Part shown: piece after piece, positions 10,561 to 24,145 of the stretch
Layout: each line of letters starts with the position of its first letter
Position numbering within the stretch: position 1 is the stretch's first letter
Notes under the pieces: model-generated
Databases searched by the model: none
Seen by the model: the letters and a program-made list of their open reading frames with translations, nothing else
Told to the model about the DNA's origin: nothing
Assembly: GCA_010909165.1 (NCBI GenBank)
Contig: MU008169.1
Coordinates: 806,001 to 870,000 of the forward strand
Reading direction: 5' to 3'
DNA: 64,000 nt
From: Anthoceros angustus
Lineage: Eukaryota > Plantae > Anthocerotophyta
Position numbers and translations under genes: made by a program

Positions 10561-13026
10561 ACCTTAGATCAAATGTAAAATATCCTCTATTTCATGAGCC
10601 GGCTTTCCGTCTGGGACAAGAGTAGAAAGACGATTGTCAGAGAAGGGAAGAAAAACGATTGTCCATCTCTGTGGTATTGGCCGCAATCAGATTATCATCT
10701 GGTTGCACAAAATACAACACAGCCAGGAAATCATCTAAGGCTTGTCGGGGAATGGGTATCCATAGATGTCTTGGGGACTGAAGCCATCGTTGGAAATAGA
10801 GGACCCTAGTGGCTGTGCTGATGATTTCTTTCATCCGAAACGTCTAGACAGGCTCTACAGGGCACAGAGGTGACCTCAACGGAAGCCTCGTGGTGATCTC
10901 AATGCTACAATCAGAGAAGGTAATGCTGCTAAGTGCTCTGGTGCTTTGGTTAAGTGAGGGTTCCAGTACAATGGGGAGCTCCTGAACCTCTGTTGCTTGC
11001 TGTTATAAGTCATGATGGATAGGGATGCTGCCATGGGAGATGTGGCCGGCAAATTCCAGCCTGCACCTCAACCCAACTCCCGAACTGTGAAGGCTGAGCT
11101 TGGTACCAGCTGAGGAGGTCATAGGCACTGCACTGGGATTCAGACCAACTCTCTTACACTGGAAGCTTTCAATCGGTACAAGCGGTGAGCTCACATGACT
11201 GTCTCTGAAATGGCACTCAGGCTAATTTTCAGATGTAGCTTGAACATGCCTGTCCCAGTGCATCGTGTATCGTAAATTTTGGCGGAACACATTCTGTACT
11301 GGAGGTGGTGTTCCCAACACATTTCGTGCATCACTTCCGTTTCGTTTCTGAAATTGGGAATGTGACAGTCTGAAAGTGACACTCTGAACTGGGTCACAAC
11401 TTGGGGATTTCTGAGCTACGTCTCCCGGGGCGCAGCATGGCGGGCGATGGCGCCGCGTCAGCGAGCACCTGGTCCTCCTCCAGTTGCATGTTTCCGATGT
11501 TACTTGCCTTCTGAAGGTCTGTGCAAGGGTCGGTGCCTTACAGACGGGCAGGCAGCTGCACTCACAGATTGTCGAAAGAGAATTTCTGGATGGCGTACTG
11601 GGGGGCACCTGCCTGGTGGATATGTATGGTGGTGAAATGGAAGATGCACGAGCTGGTACGAGCCCTGAGCCTTGCAGATACCAGCCGATTAGAACCCTAC
11701 GCATGGGGCGATCCGTCAACATGTGGGGAACTTCCTCCTGCAGCATAGCCTTGAATGCCGAGAACTTCTTTTGTGCTTAAAAAAAGAAACTTCGACCGTG
11801 CTTGTGACATGTGAACCATCAATGTAAACAATGAGGCCTAAAGTAAAGACTCTTGCGAATCTTTAAATAACTACAATAATGAAGAAGAAAATTGAAAGAA
11901 AGCGTGAAAGAAGAAACTACTACCGAATTTTAGCATGAAAGAAGACAACTCTAAACTTTAAACCTTGAAAGACAATGAAAGAAACTTGAAAGGAAATTGA
12001 ACATATACTAGTGCATCTACGAGAAAGGGTAATTCACATATGGGCTTCAAAACCTTATAGTCTTGATAATTAGTGATGATGAATATCAAAATGATTTATG
12101 ATCCCAAGGTTCTTATGTCTTATCCTAGATAGTTTCACCCTATCTCCACATGCCTATTCAATAATATGTCCTTATTTAAGGTCCCCATTACCATAAGAAA
12201 GAAGAGGTAAAACTAGTGTTTTGTGATAAATGTTAACCATCTATATATCATATCGATATATTTGTTTTAAATAGTTGCATATCGATTAGATTTTTTTTTG
12301 TCATTATTGGTAATTCAGTATGATAATATGATATATAAGGATAAGTTATATTAAATATATGATTATATTATAACTAGATAATGATATCTACATATATTTA
12401 GATTACATAGAAAACTTTCACTTGTGAGAAGGCAAGCAAAGGTAACTTCTGTCAGTCAAAGTGAGGCTCGCCTCCTCCATCTGCCCATACACCAACGATC
12501 GCGTCTTGCAGTGCACACCAGGCAGAAATCAGGGCATTCCATGTCACCACATGCGTTTCGGCCAAGCTGTCAAAAACCTGGCGTGCATATTCCAGTTCAC
12601 CACATTTTGCATACAGTCATGTCTTGGACAGCAGGCAGATGCCCAACACGACATTATCCAGCAGTCGCCTTTCCATAATCTGTGAGTACAGTTGCCTCCC
12701 ATTCTGAATGACTCCGCTGCTTGTACAGGCCTTGAGAAGAGAGGCGAAAGTAACATGTGTCAGCCAAGATGAGGCCCTCCTGCTCCATTTGTTCATACGA
12801 AACAAGTGCCTCATTTCGTAGCCTTGTTGCCATTGTTGGGCATACCCAGCATTCACCACTAAGTTTTCAAAACCTGTCTGGTATCTGCAAAGCTCAGGAC
12901 CCTAACAAGAAGTAGGTTTTGTTTCATCAATCGTTTTCAACCCCTGGCAGCCGCTCACAGCACACCAGATGCCAGATTTATTACCTTAGATCAAATGTAA
13001 AATATCCTCTATTTCATGAACGCGAA

Positions 13027-13097
13027 CACTCTGGCTGGGAATCGGATCTGCATCCACGTTGTGAAAAAGCAACACTCTACCACGAGATCACACCAAC
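13027..13097 (-). tRNA. tRNA-Gly-like pseudogene (related relics at ~15611-15672, 17950-18011, 30428-30485, 34288-34365, 48292-48315, 51991-52015, 61923-61949 on -, and 44703-44730 on +)
   Basis: Composite minus-strand reading TGTGGTCTCGTGGTAGAGTGTTGCTT..CAACGAAGACGCGGGTTCGATTCCCGGCCAATGCA has A-box- and B-box-like motifs and a Gly-type 3' end. The anticodon arm is irregular in every copy. Confidence 0.6.
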
Positions 13098-13876
13098 ACC
13101 ACCAAGGGATGCTTTTCAGGCTTCGTGTATACAAAAGGCCAAAACTGTTATTTGAAAGCTGCAGGTTTGGTATAGCTTGGTTTTCTAATTGTTATCAAAA
13201 TCCCTCTACGGATGCATGGGATATTTGTGGTGCCATAGACTCATAAATTTTAAGAGCTTGAAGTAGATCGAGCTTCTTTAAACTTAGGAACCCGTTATAT
13301 GCCTGGAGCGGTTGTACCAAATACATGGTTTCGAGGCAACCCACTCCAATTGTTTTCTTCGTCATAGCATCTTAAATTTTTGTTGAATCATACCTAAGTG
13401 TAAATTACAAAGCCCATGCCACCACTAGAAGATCCTCATTGACATGAGCTCTGTAAATAAATTAGATGAGAACCCATAGCATGTTCAAAGATATGTCGGC
13501 AATCTCAACCAAGCTAGTCTCCAGTTCCTTTCTCACGTTGTTAACGTAGCATAACCTTGAATGCCGAGAAACTTCTTTTGTGCTTAAAAAAAAAGAAACT
13601 TCAATGTCAGCTTGTAGTGCTTTAGGTGATTTATATTTGGGCTTTAGATCTCTATTACTTGAAGGCAAGTATTATGACTCCAAATTTTGTTCGACATGTG
13701 TGAACCATCAATGTAAACAATGAGGCCTAAAGTAAAGACTCTTGCCGAATATTTAAATAACTACAATAATGAAGAAAGAAAATTGAAAGAAACGTGAAGA
13801 AGAAACTACTACCGAATTTTAGCATGAAGAAGACAACTCTAAACTTTAAACCTTGAAAGACAATTGAAAGAAACTT

Positions 13877-14676
13877 GAAAGGAAAGGACATTCAACTTGA
13901 AGAATGAAGCTTCGAGGGTTCTTCTAGCCTTCATGAAGGCTTGTGAAGAAGATATAAACCTTAGTGCAGTCTCCAGGATCATAGTGCTGGAGCCAGAGTT
14001 TAACCCAAGCGACACTCATCAAGCGGGCAGTAGGGCTTTTTGTGTGGGACAGGATAAGGCGGTGCTTGTGTATCATCTGGTTGCAATGGACAAAGACAAA
14101 ATCGAAAATCGTCGAAAGGCCGTAGCCAAGGAATGGGTGTTCAACAATCTCTTCGGTACTGGAGCTAATGTTGACAACAGAGATGAAGAAGTCAGTGATC
14201 CAAGTAATTGTGGGGATGATTTCTTTCAGTCAAATACTCTAATAAAGCATGTGAACAGGCTTTTATCTTTACAAGTCACGTCAACGCATTGTGGTGATGA
14301 AGGTAATGCTGCTGTGTGGACGGTGGGAAGAAATTTTGGATGTCAAAGTCTGCTGTTATGAAGAGGATTGGAGATCACCATGCTAGAGATTTGGGTATAC
14401 TGAACATGCGGAATCTAACTTGTTTTGTAGACTCCCATGAAGGTGATCAGCTGAGTTATCCTCCAGACTACACGAGTTGTTGTTCATCTGAAGCTGCAGC
14501 CTTTGGAAGCGGACCTGGTGGCAAAGTGCAGTCAAAGTGCAGCGGTAGAAGTGAGAAGTTTAAGCTTACTTCGCGGACAACACTAGTGACTGTTCACCCG
14601 TCCCTGTGCCCTGACGAGTACCGGGACACAGCTGAGTTTCCTGACGTCGACGGAACAGCCTCGGATCCAAGTAAGG
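13877..14676 (+). pseudogene. Permuted CLSY/DRD1-like relic (C-terminus followed by mid-helicase piece); duplicated at 15798-16586
   Basis: RVLLAFMKACEEDINLSAVSRIIVLEPEFNPS..KEWVFNNLFG, then KKFW..RNLTCFVDSHEGD..VHPSLCP. Confidence 0.9.
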
Positions 14677-15797
14677 ATTCCTTTCATCAACCCTATAACA
14701 AATAAGTCGTCATTTACCATTCAACACTCAAAGTTTTGAAACTTTGAGTGTTGAATGGTGAGTGTTGAGACTTGAGTGTTGAATGGTGTTGAGTGTTGAG
14801 ACTTTGAAACACCTCTAAGTCTACAAAATCTCCTAGCCCATACTGATTACAAAATATCTCCACCAAAAACCTTCGCCCTGCTTTCATCCTTATATCGTAA
14901 ATTCACAAAAAACTCACAAACAACTTGCTTGTTTTACGTCTTGAGGATGCTACTATGGGAGATGTGGCCAGCAAGTTCTGGCCTTCACCTCAGCCCAAGT
15001 TTCTGACTGTGAAGCCCGAGCTTGGTACCAGCTGACGAGGTCCTAGGCACTGCGTTGGGCATTCAGACCAGCTCCCTAATAACTCTGGAACCTTGAAATG
15101 GGAACAAGCGGTGGGCTCACATGACTGTCCCAGATTGTACATGGCCGTGGCATTGCATCTTGGATAGAAACTTTGGGTGGAACACATTGTGCGCTGGACG
15201 TGGTGTTCCCTCCAAATTTCGTGCATCACTGCCTTTTCGTGTCTGAAATTGATGGAACGTGGAACTCGTGAAACTGCGCTCTTGCAATCGCGTCGTCCAG
15301 TGAAGTGAAACGTCGTAGGCTGCGCGACAGCAGGCCCACGCTGAAATCGCCCCGTCCTCCTCTAGTTGCATTTTTCTGATGCTTTTGGCAAAGCGATTGT
15401 GCAGGGAATGGCCGGCTGTGCATTCGAGTATGCATAGGAATCTTAACATCTTGCGCCCCGTGCGTAGGCTGGTATCTGCAAGGCTCAGAACCCTGATAAG
15501 AACTAGGTGTTGTTTCATCAATCGTTTTCAACCGCTGGCGGCCGCTCACGGCATATCAGATTCATTATCTTATATGAAATCTAGATTGCTATTATACTGG
15601 AAGCCCGAACGCATTGATGCGAACCCGCGTCTTCGTTGTAAGAAAGCAACACTATACCACGAGACCACAACGTTACGCCTATGTTATGTTTTATGGGCAT
15701 GTGTTTGTGCGGTGCATGGTGTTGAGCATCCGGGAATACGTTCAAAAACACTGCTTGGGCTCAAGAGGCATTCCAGCCAGCTCCTGGTGTTTGATGG

Positions 15798-17178
15798 GAA
15801 AGGAAAGGACATTCAACTTGAAGAATGAAGCTTGAGGGTTCTTCTAGCCTTCATGAAGGCTTGTGAAGAAGATATAAACCTTAGTGCGTCCGGGATCATA
15901 GTGGAGCCGAGTTTAACCCGACACTCATCAAGCGGGCAGAGGGCTTTTGTGGACAGGATAAGGCGGTGCTTGTGTATCATCTGGTTGCAATGGACAAAGA
16001 CAAAATCGAAAATCGTCGAAGGCAGAGCCAAGGAATGGGTGTTCAACAATCTCTTCGGTACTGGAGCTAATGTTGACAACAGAGATGAAGAAGTCAGTGA
16101 TCCAAGTAATTGTGGGGATGATTTCTTTCAGTCAAATACTCTAATAAAGCATGTGAACAGGCTTTTTATCGCACACAAGTCACGTCAACGTTAGCCTTGT
16201 GGTGATGAAGGTAATGCTGCTGAGTGGACGGTGGGAAGAAATTTTGGATGTCCAAAGTCTGCTGTTATGAAGAGGATTGGAGATCACCATGCTAGAGATT
16301 TGGGTATACTGAACATGCGGAATCTAACTTGTTTTGTAGACTCCCATGAAGGTGATCAGCTGAGTTATCCTCCAGACTACACGAGGTTGTTGTTCATCTG
16401 AAGCTGCAGCCTTTGGAAGCGGACCTGGTGGCAAAAGTGCAGTCAAAGTGCAGCGGTAGAAGTGAGAAGTTTAAGCTTACTTCGCGGACAACACTAGTGA
16501 CTGTTCACCCGTCCCTGTGCCCTGACGAGTACCGGGACACAGCTGAGTTTCCTGACGTCGACGGAACAGCCTCGGATCCAAGTAAGGGTGTGAAAGCTGA
16601 TTTCGTTATGCAGATCCTATCTCTTTGTGACAAAGGCAGGAGAAAAGCTTATTATTTTCAGCAAAATGTTCAAACCTCTGCAATACATCCATAGCGTCCT
16701 CCAAAAGCACAAGAGCTGGGCCTTGGGAGACAAAGTTCTGATTGTTGATGGGAAAGCCACCCTAAGGAGATTCAACTCGAAGAACGACCCTTCGAGGGTT
16801 CTTCTGGCCTCTATCAAGGCTTGTGCTTGTGGGGAAGATGTAAACCTTACTGCAGCCTCCAGGATCATACTGTTGGAGCCAGAGTTTAACCCCAGCGTCA
16901 CTCGTCAAGCGGTGAGCAGGGCTTTTGGTGGGACAGGAGAAGAAGGTGGTGATTGTGTGTCATCTGGTTGCGGCCGACACAATCGAAATCGAAAATCGTC
17001 GAAAGGCCGTAGCCAAGGAATGGGCGTCCATCAATCTCTTCGTACAGGAGCTTGACACAACAGGGAGGGATGAAGAAGTCAGTGATCCAAGTAATCGTGG
17101 GATGACTTCTTTCAGTCCAATGCTGTAATGAAGCATGTGGACAGGCTTTGCATCGCACACAAGTCACGTCAACGTTAG
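15798..17178 (+). pseudogene. Two consecutive CLSY/DRD1-like C-terminal fragments
   Basis: ORFs 15832, 16413, 16627 and 16925: GVKADFV, GEKLIIFS, LLASIKAC, FNPSVTRQAVSRAF. Confidence 0.92.
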
Positions 17179-19127
17179 CCTCGTGGTGATGAAGGTAATG
17201 CTGCCGCGCGCTCTGGTGCAGTGGTTATGTGAGGGTTTAAAGACAAAGGGGAACTCCGGAACAACTTGCTTGTTTTACGTCTTGAGGGATGCTACTATGG
17301 GAGATGTGGCCAGCAAGTTCTGGCCTTCACCTCAGCCCAAGTTTCTGACTGTGAAGCCCGAGCTTGGTACCAGCTGACGAGGTCCTAGGCACTGCGTTGG
17401 GCATTCAGACCAGCTCCCTAATAACTCTGGAACCTTGAAATGGGAACAAGCGGTGGGCTCACATGACTGTCCCAGATTGTACATGGCCGTGGCATTGCAT
17501 CTTGGATAGAAACTTTGGGTGGAACACATTGTGCGCTGGACGTGGTGTTCCTCAAATTTCGTGCATCACTGCCTTTTCGTGTCTGAAATTGATGGAACGT
17601 GGAACTCGTGAAACTGCGCTCTTGCAATCGCGTCGTCCAGTGAAGTGAAACGTCGTAGGCTGCGCGACAGCAGGCCCACGCTGAAATCGCCCCGTCCTCC
17701 TCTAGTTGCATTTTTCTGATGCTTTTGGCAAAGCGATTGTGCAGGGAATGGCCGGCTGTGCATTCAGTATGCATAGGAATCTTAACATCTTGCGCCCCGT
17801 GCGTAGGCTGGTATCTGCAAGGCTCAGAACCCTGATAAGAACTAGGTGTTGTTTCATCAATCGTTTTCAACCGCTGGCGGCCGCTCACGGCATATCAGAT
17901 TCATTATCTTATATGAAATCTAGATTGCTATTATACTGGAAGCCCGAACGCATTGATGCGAACCCGCGTCTTCGTTGTAAGAAAGCAACACTATACCACG
18001 AGACCACAACGTTACGCCTATGTTATGTTTTATGGGGCTGGAGGACCACCAATCCGACCCAAGTGTGGGATTATAAGTATTATATTTGTCTATGTAGTTG
18101 AGTAGGGGTTAGATTCTTTTTATTATTAATGGTAACTGAGAAGATAATATAATATATAAGGATAAATTAGGTAAATATATTATTAAATTATAATTAGATA
18201 ATAATATCTTAATATATTCAGATTGCATCAAGAACTTTCAATAGTGAGAACGCAAGTTAAAGTGGTAGAGGCATGAGGTGAGAGATTTGATTAGTCAAGG
18301 TAAGGATTGGTTTCATCGACCCTATAACAAATAAGTCGTTATTTACCATTAAATACTCAAAGTTTCATTAACTTTGAAACACCGAAGTTCACAAAATGTC
18401 CTAGCTCATACCTATTACAAAATAGCCCACCAAAAACCTTCGTCCTGCCATCGACCTTATAACATAAATTCGCATTTACCTACCAACCCCAAAATGCTTC
18501 TCGAGAACCATTGGCGCCTACCAACCCTAAAACACTTGGCGAGAACTTCCGGCACCTACCAACCCCAAAACACTTCGCGAGAACTTCCGGCGGCCTACCA
18601 ACGCTATGAAACATGTCATGTTCTTAGGTTTCTCATGTTTCTCAAGCCCCTTCTACAAAGTGACGCCCCTTCCATGAAGAGACTTTGTGTTGTAGCGAAC
18701 TCTCTATTGTAGCTTCTGTGTATGGTAATAGTCTCTTGCGTTGTTGTTGCAACTCTTGTTTATTCGTGTGGTGTAGCAAGTCAGGTTGTATTGTAGAACT
18801 CAATGTTAGAGACTTTCCCACCAGAAATGATGTTGAAGCTTGTGTGTTGGACCAGCTCTCTATTACAACTACTCTTGTTGTAGCTTGCGTCTTGTAATGA
18901 TTATGTAGTGGGATGTCGTGGTAACTTGTTTTTTTTACCTGGTGTGTTAGAGCAACTCCGTGTTGTACTTTTTTGTTGGTTGGTTGTATGTTGTAGTGAC
19001 TCTGAGTTGAACCTTATTGTGTGCGCATGTGTTTGTCCAGGTACCCGGATGCTGTTGCGCATCTCGATATACGTTGAAAAACAATCTGCCTGGGCTTGAG
19101 GAGGCATTCCAGCCAGCTCCTCAGTGT

Positions 19128-19578
19128 CGCTGATGGGAAAGGGAAGGAGATTCAACTTGAAGAACGACGCTTGGAGGGTTCCTCTGGCCTTCATCAAGGC
19201 TTGTAGAGAAGGATTATCAAGGCTTGTGGAGAAGGATGTAAACCTTACTGCAGTCTCCAGGATCATACTGCTGCAGCCAGAGTTTAACCCAAGCGCTACT
19301 CCTCAAGCGGGGAGCAGGGCTTTTCGTGTGGGACAGGAGAAGGTGGTGGTTGTGTATATCTGGTTGTGGCCGACACAATCAAGATTGAAAACCGTCGAAG
19401 GCTGTAGGCAAGGAGTGGGCCTCAAAAGATCTGCGTCTTCGGTACAGGAGCCATCCTTGACAAGACGGATGAAGAAGTCAGTGATCCAAGTAATTGTGGG
19501 GATGATTTTTTTCAGTCCAATGCTGTAACGAAGCAGGTGGACAGGCTTTATATCGCACAAAAGTCACGTCAACGTTAG
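19128..19578 (+). pseudogene. CLSY/DRD1-like C-terminal relic
   Basis: ORF 19124: AFIKAC..VNLTAVSRIILLQPEFNPS..SRAFRVGQEK. Confidence 0.88.
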
Positions 19579-19849
19579 TCTGTGGTGATGAAGGTAATGC
19601 TGCTGAGTGCACGGTGCTGTGGTTAAGGGACCAACTTGCTCTTTTATGTCTTGAGATGCTATTGTGGGAGATCTGGCCAGGAGATGGACAGGAGCATTCA
19701 GTCTCCCATAGCCTGTTGCATGTATTATATATAGAAACTCTGAACTGTAGCTTGGGTGTTGTAGAACTCTGTGTTCAACCTTGTGTCTTGTTCTTGGGTT
19801 GGTGCAGGTGCCGGGATGCTGTTGAGCGTTGAGCAAGCTGCCGGGGCAG

Positions 19850-21600
19850 CACACAGGTCCAGTCACCTGGCTCCTCCAGCTCCTCTCACACTTCCTTCTG
19901 CTTCTCCTCCTCTTCTTGCACCTGCTCTGATGCTTCCTCTCATGGCTGCCCTCCACGCATTTGTGTGCAGGTCGTCCGCCGGGCTCTCCGCTTGGAGCTG
20001 TCCGGCATCATTTTTCCGGACATGTTCATGTACACTGCCGAGGCTGCCAGGAAGCTGGTGCTGGAGTGTGTGACCAACGCCGACTGTTCCCCTGAAACAG
20101 CATTCTTCCCTTTTACGGCATCGACGGGGCTCCATGGACGCCAACGGAGCTCTTCAACATTTTCATTGTCATACTGGCAAAGTCTTGTTTTGTGTTTCAA
20201 GTGGTCGATGCCATCTCCATGAAACTTTGCCAAGATGAACAGGTCAGCTCCGTCACGGCTTTGAGCCATGAGGCCCAAATTGCCTCCATTGAGGGCGTGG
20301 GTTGCATCCAAGGAGCGACCTTGGGATTGCGGGCAAGCATCGGTATTTTTTTCACGGTACGTAAGTCCTCAACCTGCACCCGAGCTCGCAATGTTGCTTG
20401 CTAACCTTCCCTTCCCTTCCCTTCTCCTCGACTCCCATCCTTGTTGCCTGTGGCAGACATCAACGGGAGGTTTTGAAGCAGCGGAAGCAGTTATCCGTTG
20501 CAATGCTCGTCCCAAGGACACCAGCTTATTTGGCACGTGTTGACAATGACATCCAATGGCCGCACTGCAATGCTGGATTTAACCCCGGAATTTCCCAGGC
20601 CTTTTTAACTTACCACATGGTGTCAGGAGTCCGGCGCCAAGGACATCACTTGTTGTTGGCATTGCGCTTTCTGCTGCGACTGTGGCGGCCTCTGCTTCTG
20701 CTGCTTCTGCCCTTCGAGATCTGCTGCCCCAGCTCGCTCGATTGCTCTTGCGTTGCACCAGTGCAGCTCCTGATCTTGCTCTTGCTCTTCCTCTTGTGCC
20801 TCCTGAGGCTGCGGGCCTGGGCTGTAATTGCTGCCCAGAGCTGCCGATTGTGACTGCTCGGACACCTGGTTGCTCTCACTGCTCCATTTTCTTGCTTCCG
20901 CTTGTGTGCTGGATTGTGGGTTGCTTGCTTTTTACCCTGCTTGGTTTTCTTGCTTCCGCTTGTGTGCTGTCCAGATTGTGGGTTGCTTATTTCTTATCCT
21001 GTCTGTTTTCTTGCTTCCGCTTGTGTGCTGGATTGTGGGTTGCTTATTTCTTTCCCTGCTTGTCACAAGGCAATCCTTCCTGCTGTTGTGCAAATTCTAT
21101 GCTCCCAGGTCCGGGGGTGGTGTTTTTGTACCTGCCAGTGTCTCCTCGTTTTGGCTGTGCTTCTCTCTTCCTGCCTTGCTGTCGGTTTTCTGCTGGGTAG
21201 GGAGGAGTTTGTCTGGTAAGGGAAGGAGGGATCTGTGGAGGTTGGGTCCAGATTGCATTGCCATTCCTGGAGCCAGCCTCAGGGTATTTGCACGGGGCTC
21301 ATGGATTTGTCCTCCTCCTCCTCATGTCATCACCTGCCCTTGCTCGGGAATCAGCAGCAGGCTGGCCAGGCCTGGACCCCGGCGCCTGCAATGCAGGGGC
21401 TGCTGCCAGCAAGATAGACGATCAGCCGGACCTGGACGTGGCGGTGTGGGACACAACAGGATTGACTGGTGCGTGCATTTCTCAGCCTGTTGATTTGGTT
21501 TTGTTCAGGCCGGTGGTGAGCGGGCTGACCTCGGTTGCTTGAGCAGGTTCTGAGAGGCAGGGACGGAAGAGGTCTCACGAAGCTTGTATCGAGGATTTCA
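19850..21600 (-). pseudogene. Unidentified GC-rich gene-like relic head-to-head with CLSY; most of it duplicated at ~37200-38390
   Basis: Coding-like minus-strand frames (GNLGLMAQSRDGADLFILAKF..QYDNENVEELRW), a GTAAG...CACAG intron-like interval, and an internal ~55-60-bp tandem repeat at ~20885-21060. Confidence 0.35.
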
Positions 21601-21660
21601 TGAAAAAATGAGACTCACCTGAATTGGTGTGAGCGGCTGCGGCTCTTTAACTCTCCTTCT

Positions 21661-24145
21661 GTGACCATTTCTGGAAGTTGCCTTGGAATCCTGCAGCCTG
21701 GTAGTGTTGTTCGTGGCCCAGAGGTCCTGCAGTTCGATGATGAACATGTGCCACGTTCCTGTTCGAATACTGCCCAGATATCGCCTTGTGGAAACAATCT
21801 GCCCAGGCTTGATGAGGTATCCCAGCCAGCTCCACTGAGTCAGTGTCGTCGTATGGAGCATCCAACACTCTCTGTGGGTAATGACGGAGGACGCCCTCAG
21901 CAGTCCCGCAGGCGGAGTGGATGCACCTGGAAGGACTCAGATTCCCCTACTTCCACCTCACATGTTCAGAGCTCTCGGCTGGCACGTCGGGACCACCACA
22001 GTCTTGAGTATCCTGCTGGACCTCTTCCTTTGTCCTCTCCGGGCTGGAGGACCTCATCCCAGCTGCTTGGGCCTGAAAGTATTCCTCCGACCTGCATCAA
22101 CCCGCCAAGCAGACCTGTCGGCCTGGGTGCTCAGAACCTTGTCCCTCTGGAGCCGGATCATATTTGTGAGCCTTCATTGGACAGAATCGCTTTCCGGGTC
22201 CACGAACATGCTACTCCGGATATGACTGCCCTTAGTGAGTTTACCGTTCGTTGGAGGTTCCATGATGCTTTGCAGTTTGGCCACAGTGCTTGGGAGCGTT
22301 TGGAGCGTTTGGAGCCTAGTCGGCCAATCTGGGTACCTCAGGATGACAGCACAGAGGGAGCTGTAGCCAGGCTAATGTCGCAGCTCCCTCGGGAAGCTCG
22401 TCAAGGTTCTGCGGGCGGCCCTCTTGCTGCACAGGAGTTGCAGATTGGAATGCGTTCAGCCGACGCCAACGCCACGGTCCGGAGAGCCATGCCCATTCTG
22501 AATCTCAAGGTGGAGATTCCTCCTGATTTTATGCCCAAGATGAAGGAACATCATGTGAAAGGATTTGAATTCCTTGTCAAGTCTTTGGATGGCAGAGGAG
22601 GATGTATTTTTCAGCATGCTCCAGGAACAGGAAGAAAGTTCTTGATGATAGCCTTTGTGAAAGGCTTGCTCACTACCTATCCGCGCAAGAAGGTGCTGAT
22701 TGTAGCTCCAAAAGTGATGGTGGAACCTTGGAAGGATGAGTTCAAGAGATGGGAAGTGGGGGATATCAAGCTTCTTAATATATATGACAAGTCCGATGAG
22801 ACATGCGATGCGGAAAACCTTCGTAGAGCAATTCTTCATCAATGGACGGATGAGAAAAGTGTCCTGATGGTTGGCTACAACATTAGCCGGATCATTCTCA
22901 AGGAGGAACACAACATGATGAACTTCGCGATATCATACTGAAGACTCCTGATTTGGTAATCCTGGATGAAGGACATCTTGTACGCACTGAGAAAAGCAAT
23001 AGCCTGCAGGCCTTGAAGAAGGTTAAGACAATGAACAGGGTGATACTCAGTGGAACTTTATTTTCAGAATACCTTCAAGGAGTTGTACCAGATGCTAAGT
23101 TTTGTGAAGCCAGACTTCCTGGACAATGACCCAGAGTTTGTGCAAAAGAGGATGGAGCTGGAGAATGACAGACTGCGCAATGGTGGCATGATAACCCCAG
23201 GAATGGTAAACACATTGGAAGCTGCGAGGAAGAATTTTGGAAGGCCTTTTATGAAGAGGACTGGAGATCACAACGCTAGAGATGTGGGTATACTGAACAT
23301 GGAATCTAACTTGTTTTGTAGACTTGCATGAAGGTGATCAGCTGAGGTCTCTTCCAGGACTATATGAGTTTGTTGTTCATCTGAAGCTGCAGCCTTTGCA
23401 AGCGAACCTGGTGGCAAAAGTGCAGTCAAAGTGCAGGTAAAAGTGGCAAGTTTAAGCTTACTGGGGACAACATTAGTGACTGTTCATCCGTCCCTATCCC
23501 TGACGAGTACCGGGACACAGCTGAGTTTCCTGATGTCGACGGAACAGCCTTGGATCCAAGTAAGGTGTGAAAGCTGATTTCGTTATGCAGATCCTATCTC
23601 TTTGTGACAAGGCAGGAGAAAAGCTTATTATTTTCAGCAAAATGTTCAAACCTCTGCAATACATCCAGAGCGTCCTCCAAAAGCACAAGAGCTGGGCCTT
23701 GGGAGACAAAGTTCTGATTGCTGATGGGAAAGCCACCCTAAGGAGATTCAACTCGAAGAACGACCCTTCGAGAGTTCTTCTGGCCTCTATCAAGGCTTGT
23801 GCTTGTGGGAAGATGTAAACCTTACTGCAGCCTCCAGGATCATACTGTTGAGCCAGAGTTTAACCCCAGCGTCACTCGTCAAGCGGTCAGCAGGGCTTTT
23901 CGTTGGGGACAGAAGGTGGTGATTGTGTATCATCTAGTTGCGGCCGATACAACCGAAATTGAAAATCGTCGAAAGGCCGTAGCGGAATGGGCGTCCATCA
24001 ATCTCTTCGGTACAGGAGCTATTGTTGACAACAGGGATGAAGAAGTCAGTGATCCAAGTAATCGTGGGATGACTTCTTTCAGTCCAATGCTGTAATGAAG
24101 CATGTGGACAGGCTTTGCATCGCACACAAGTCACGTCAGCGTTAG
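21661..24145 (+). pseudogene. Near full-length CLSY/DRD1-family SNF2 gene copy, frameshifted as assembled
   Basis: 426-aa ORF runs into HAPGTGRKF (Walker A variant), then LDEGH, SGTLFQNTF, VHPSL, LLASIKAC, RQAVSRAF and a stop at 24143-24145. Confidence 0.9.

Noticed and set aside
13027-13097. Selenocysteine or suppressor tRNA (TCA/TTA in the loop)
   Set aside because: The loop is 8 nt and differs among copies, consistent with decay
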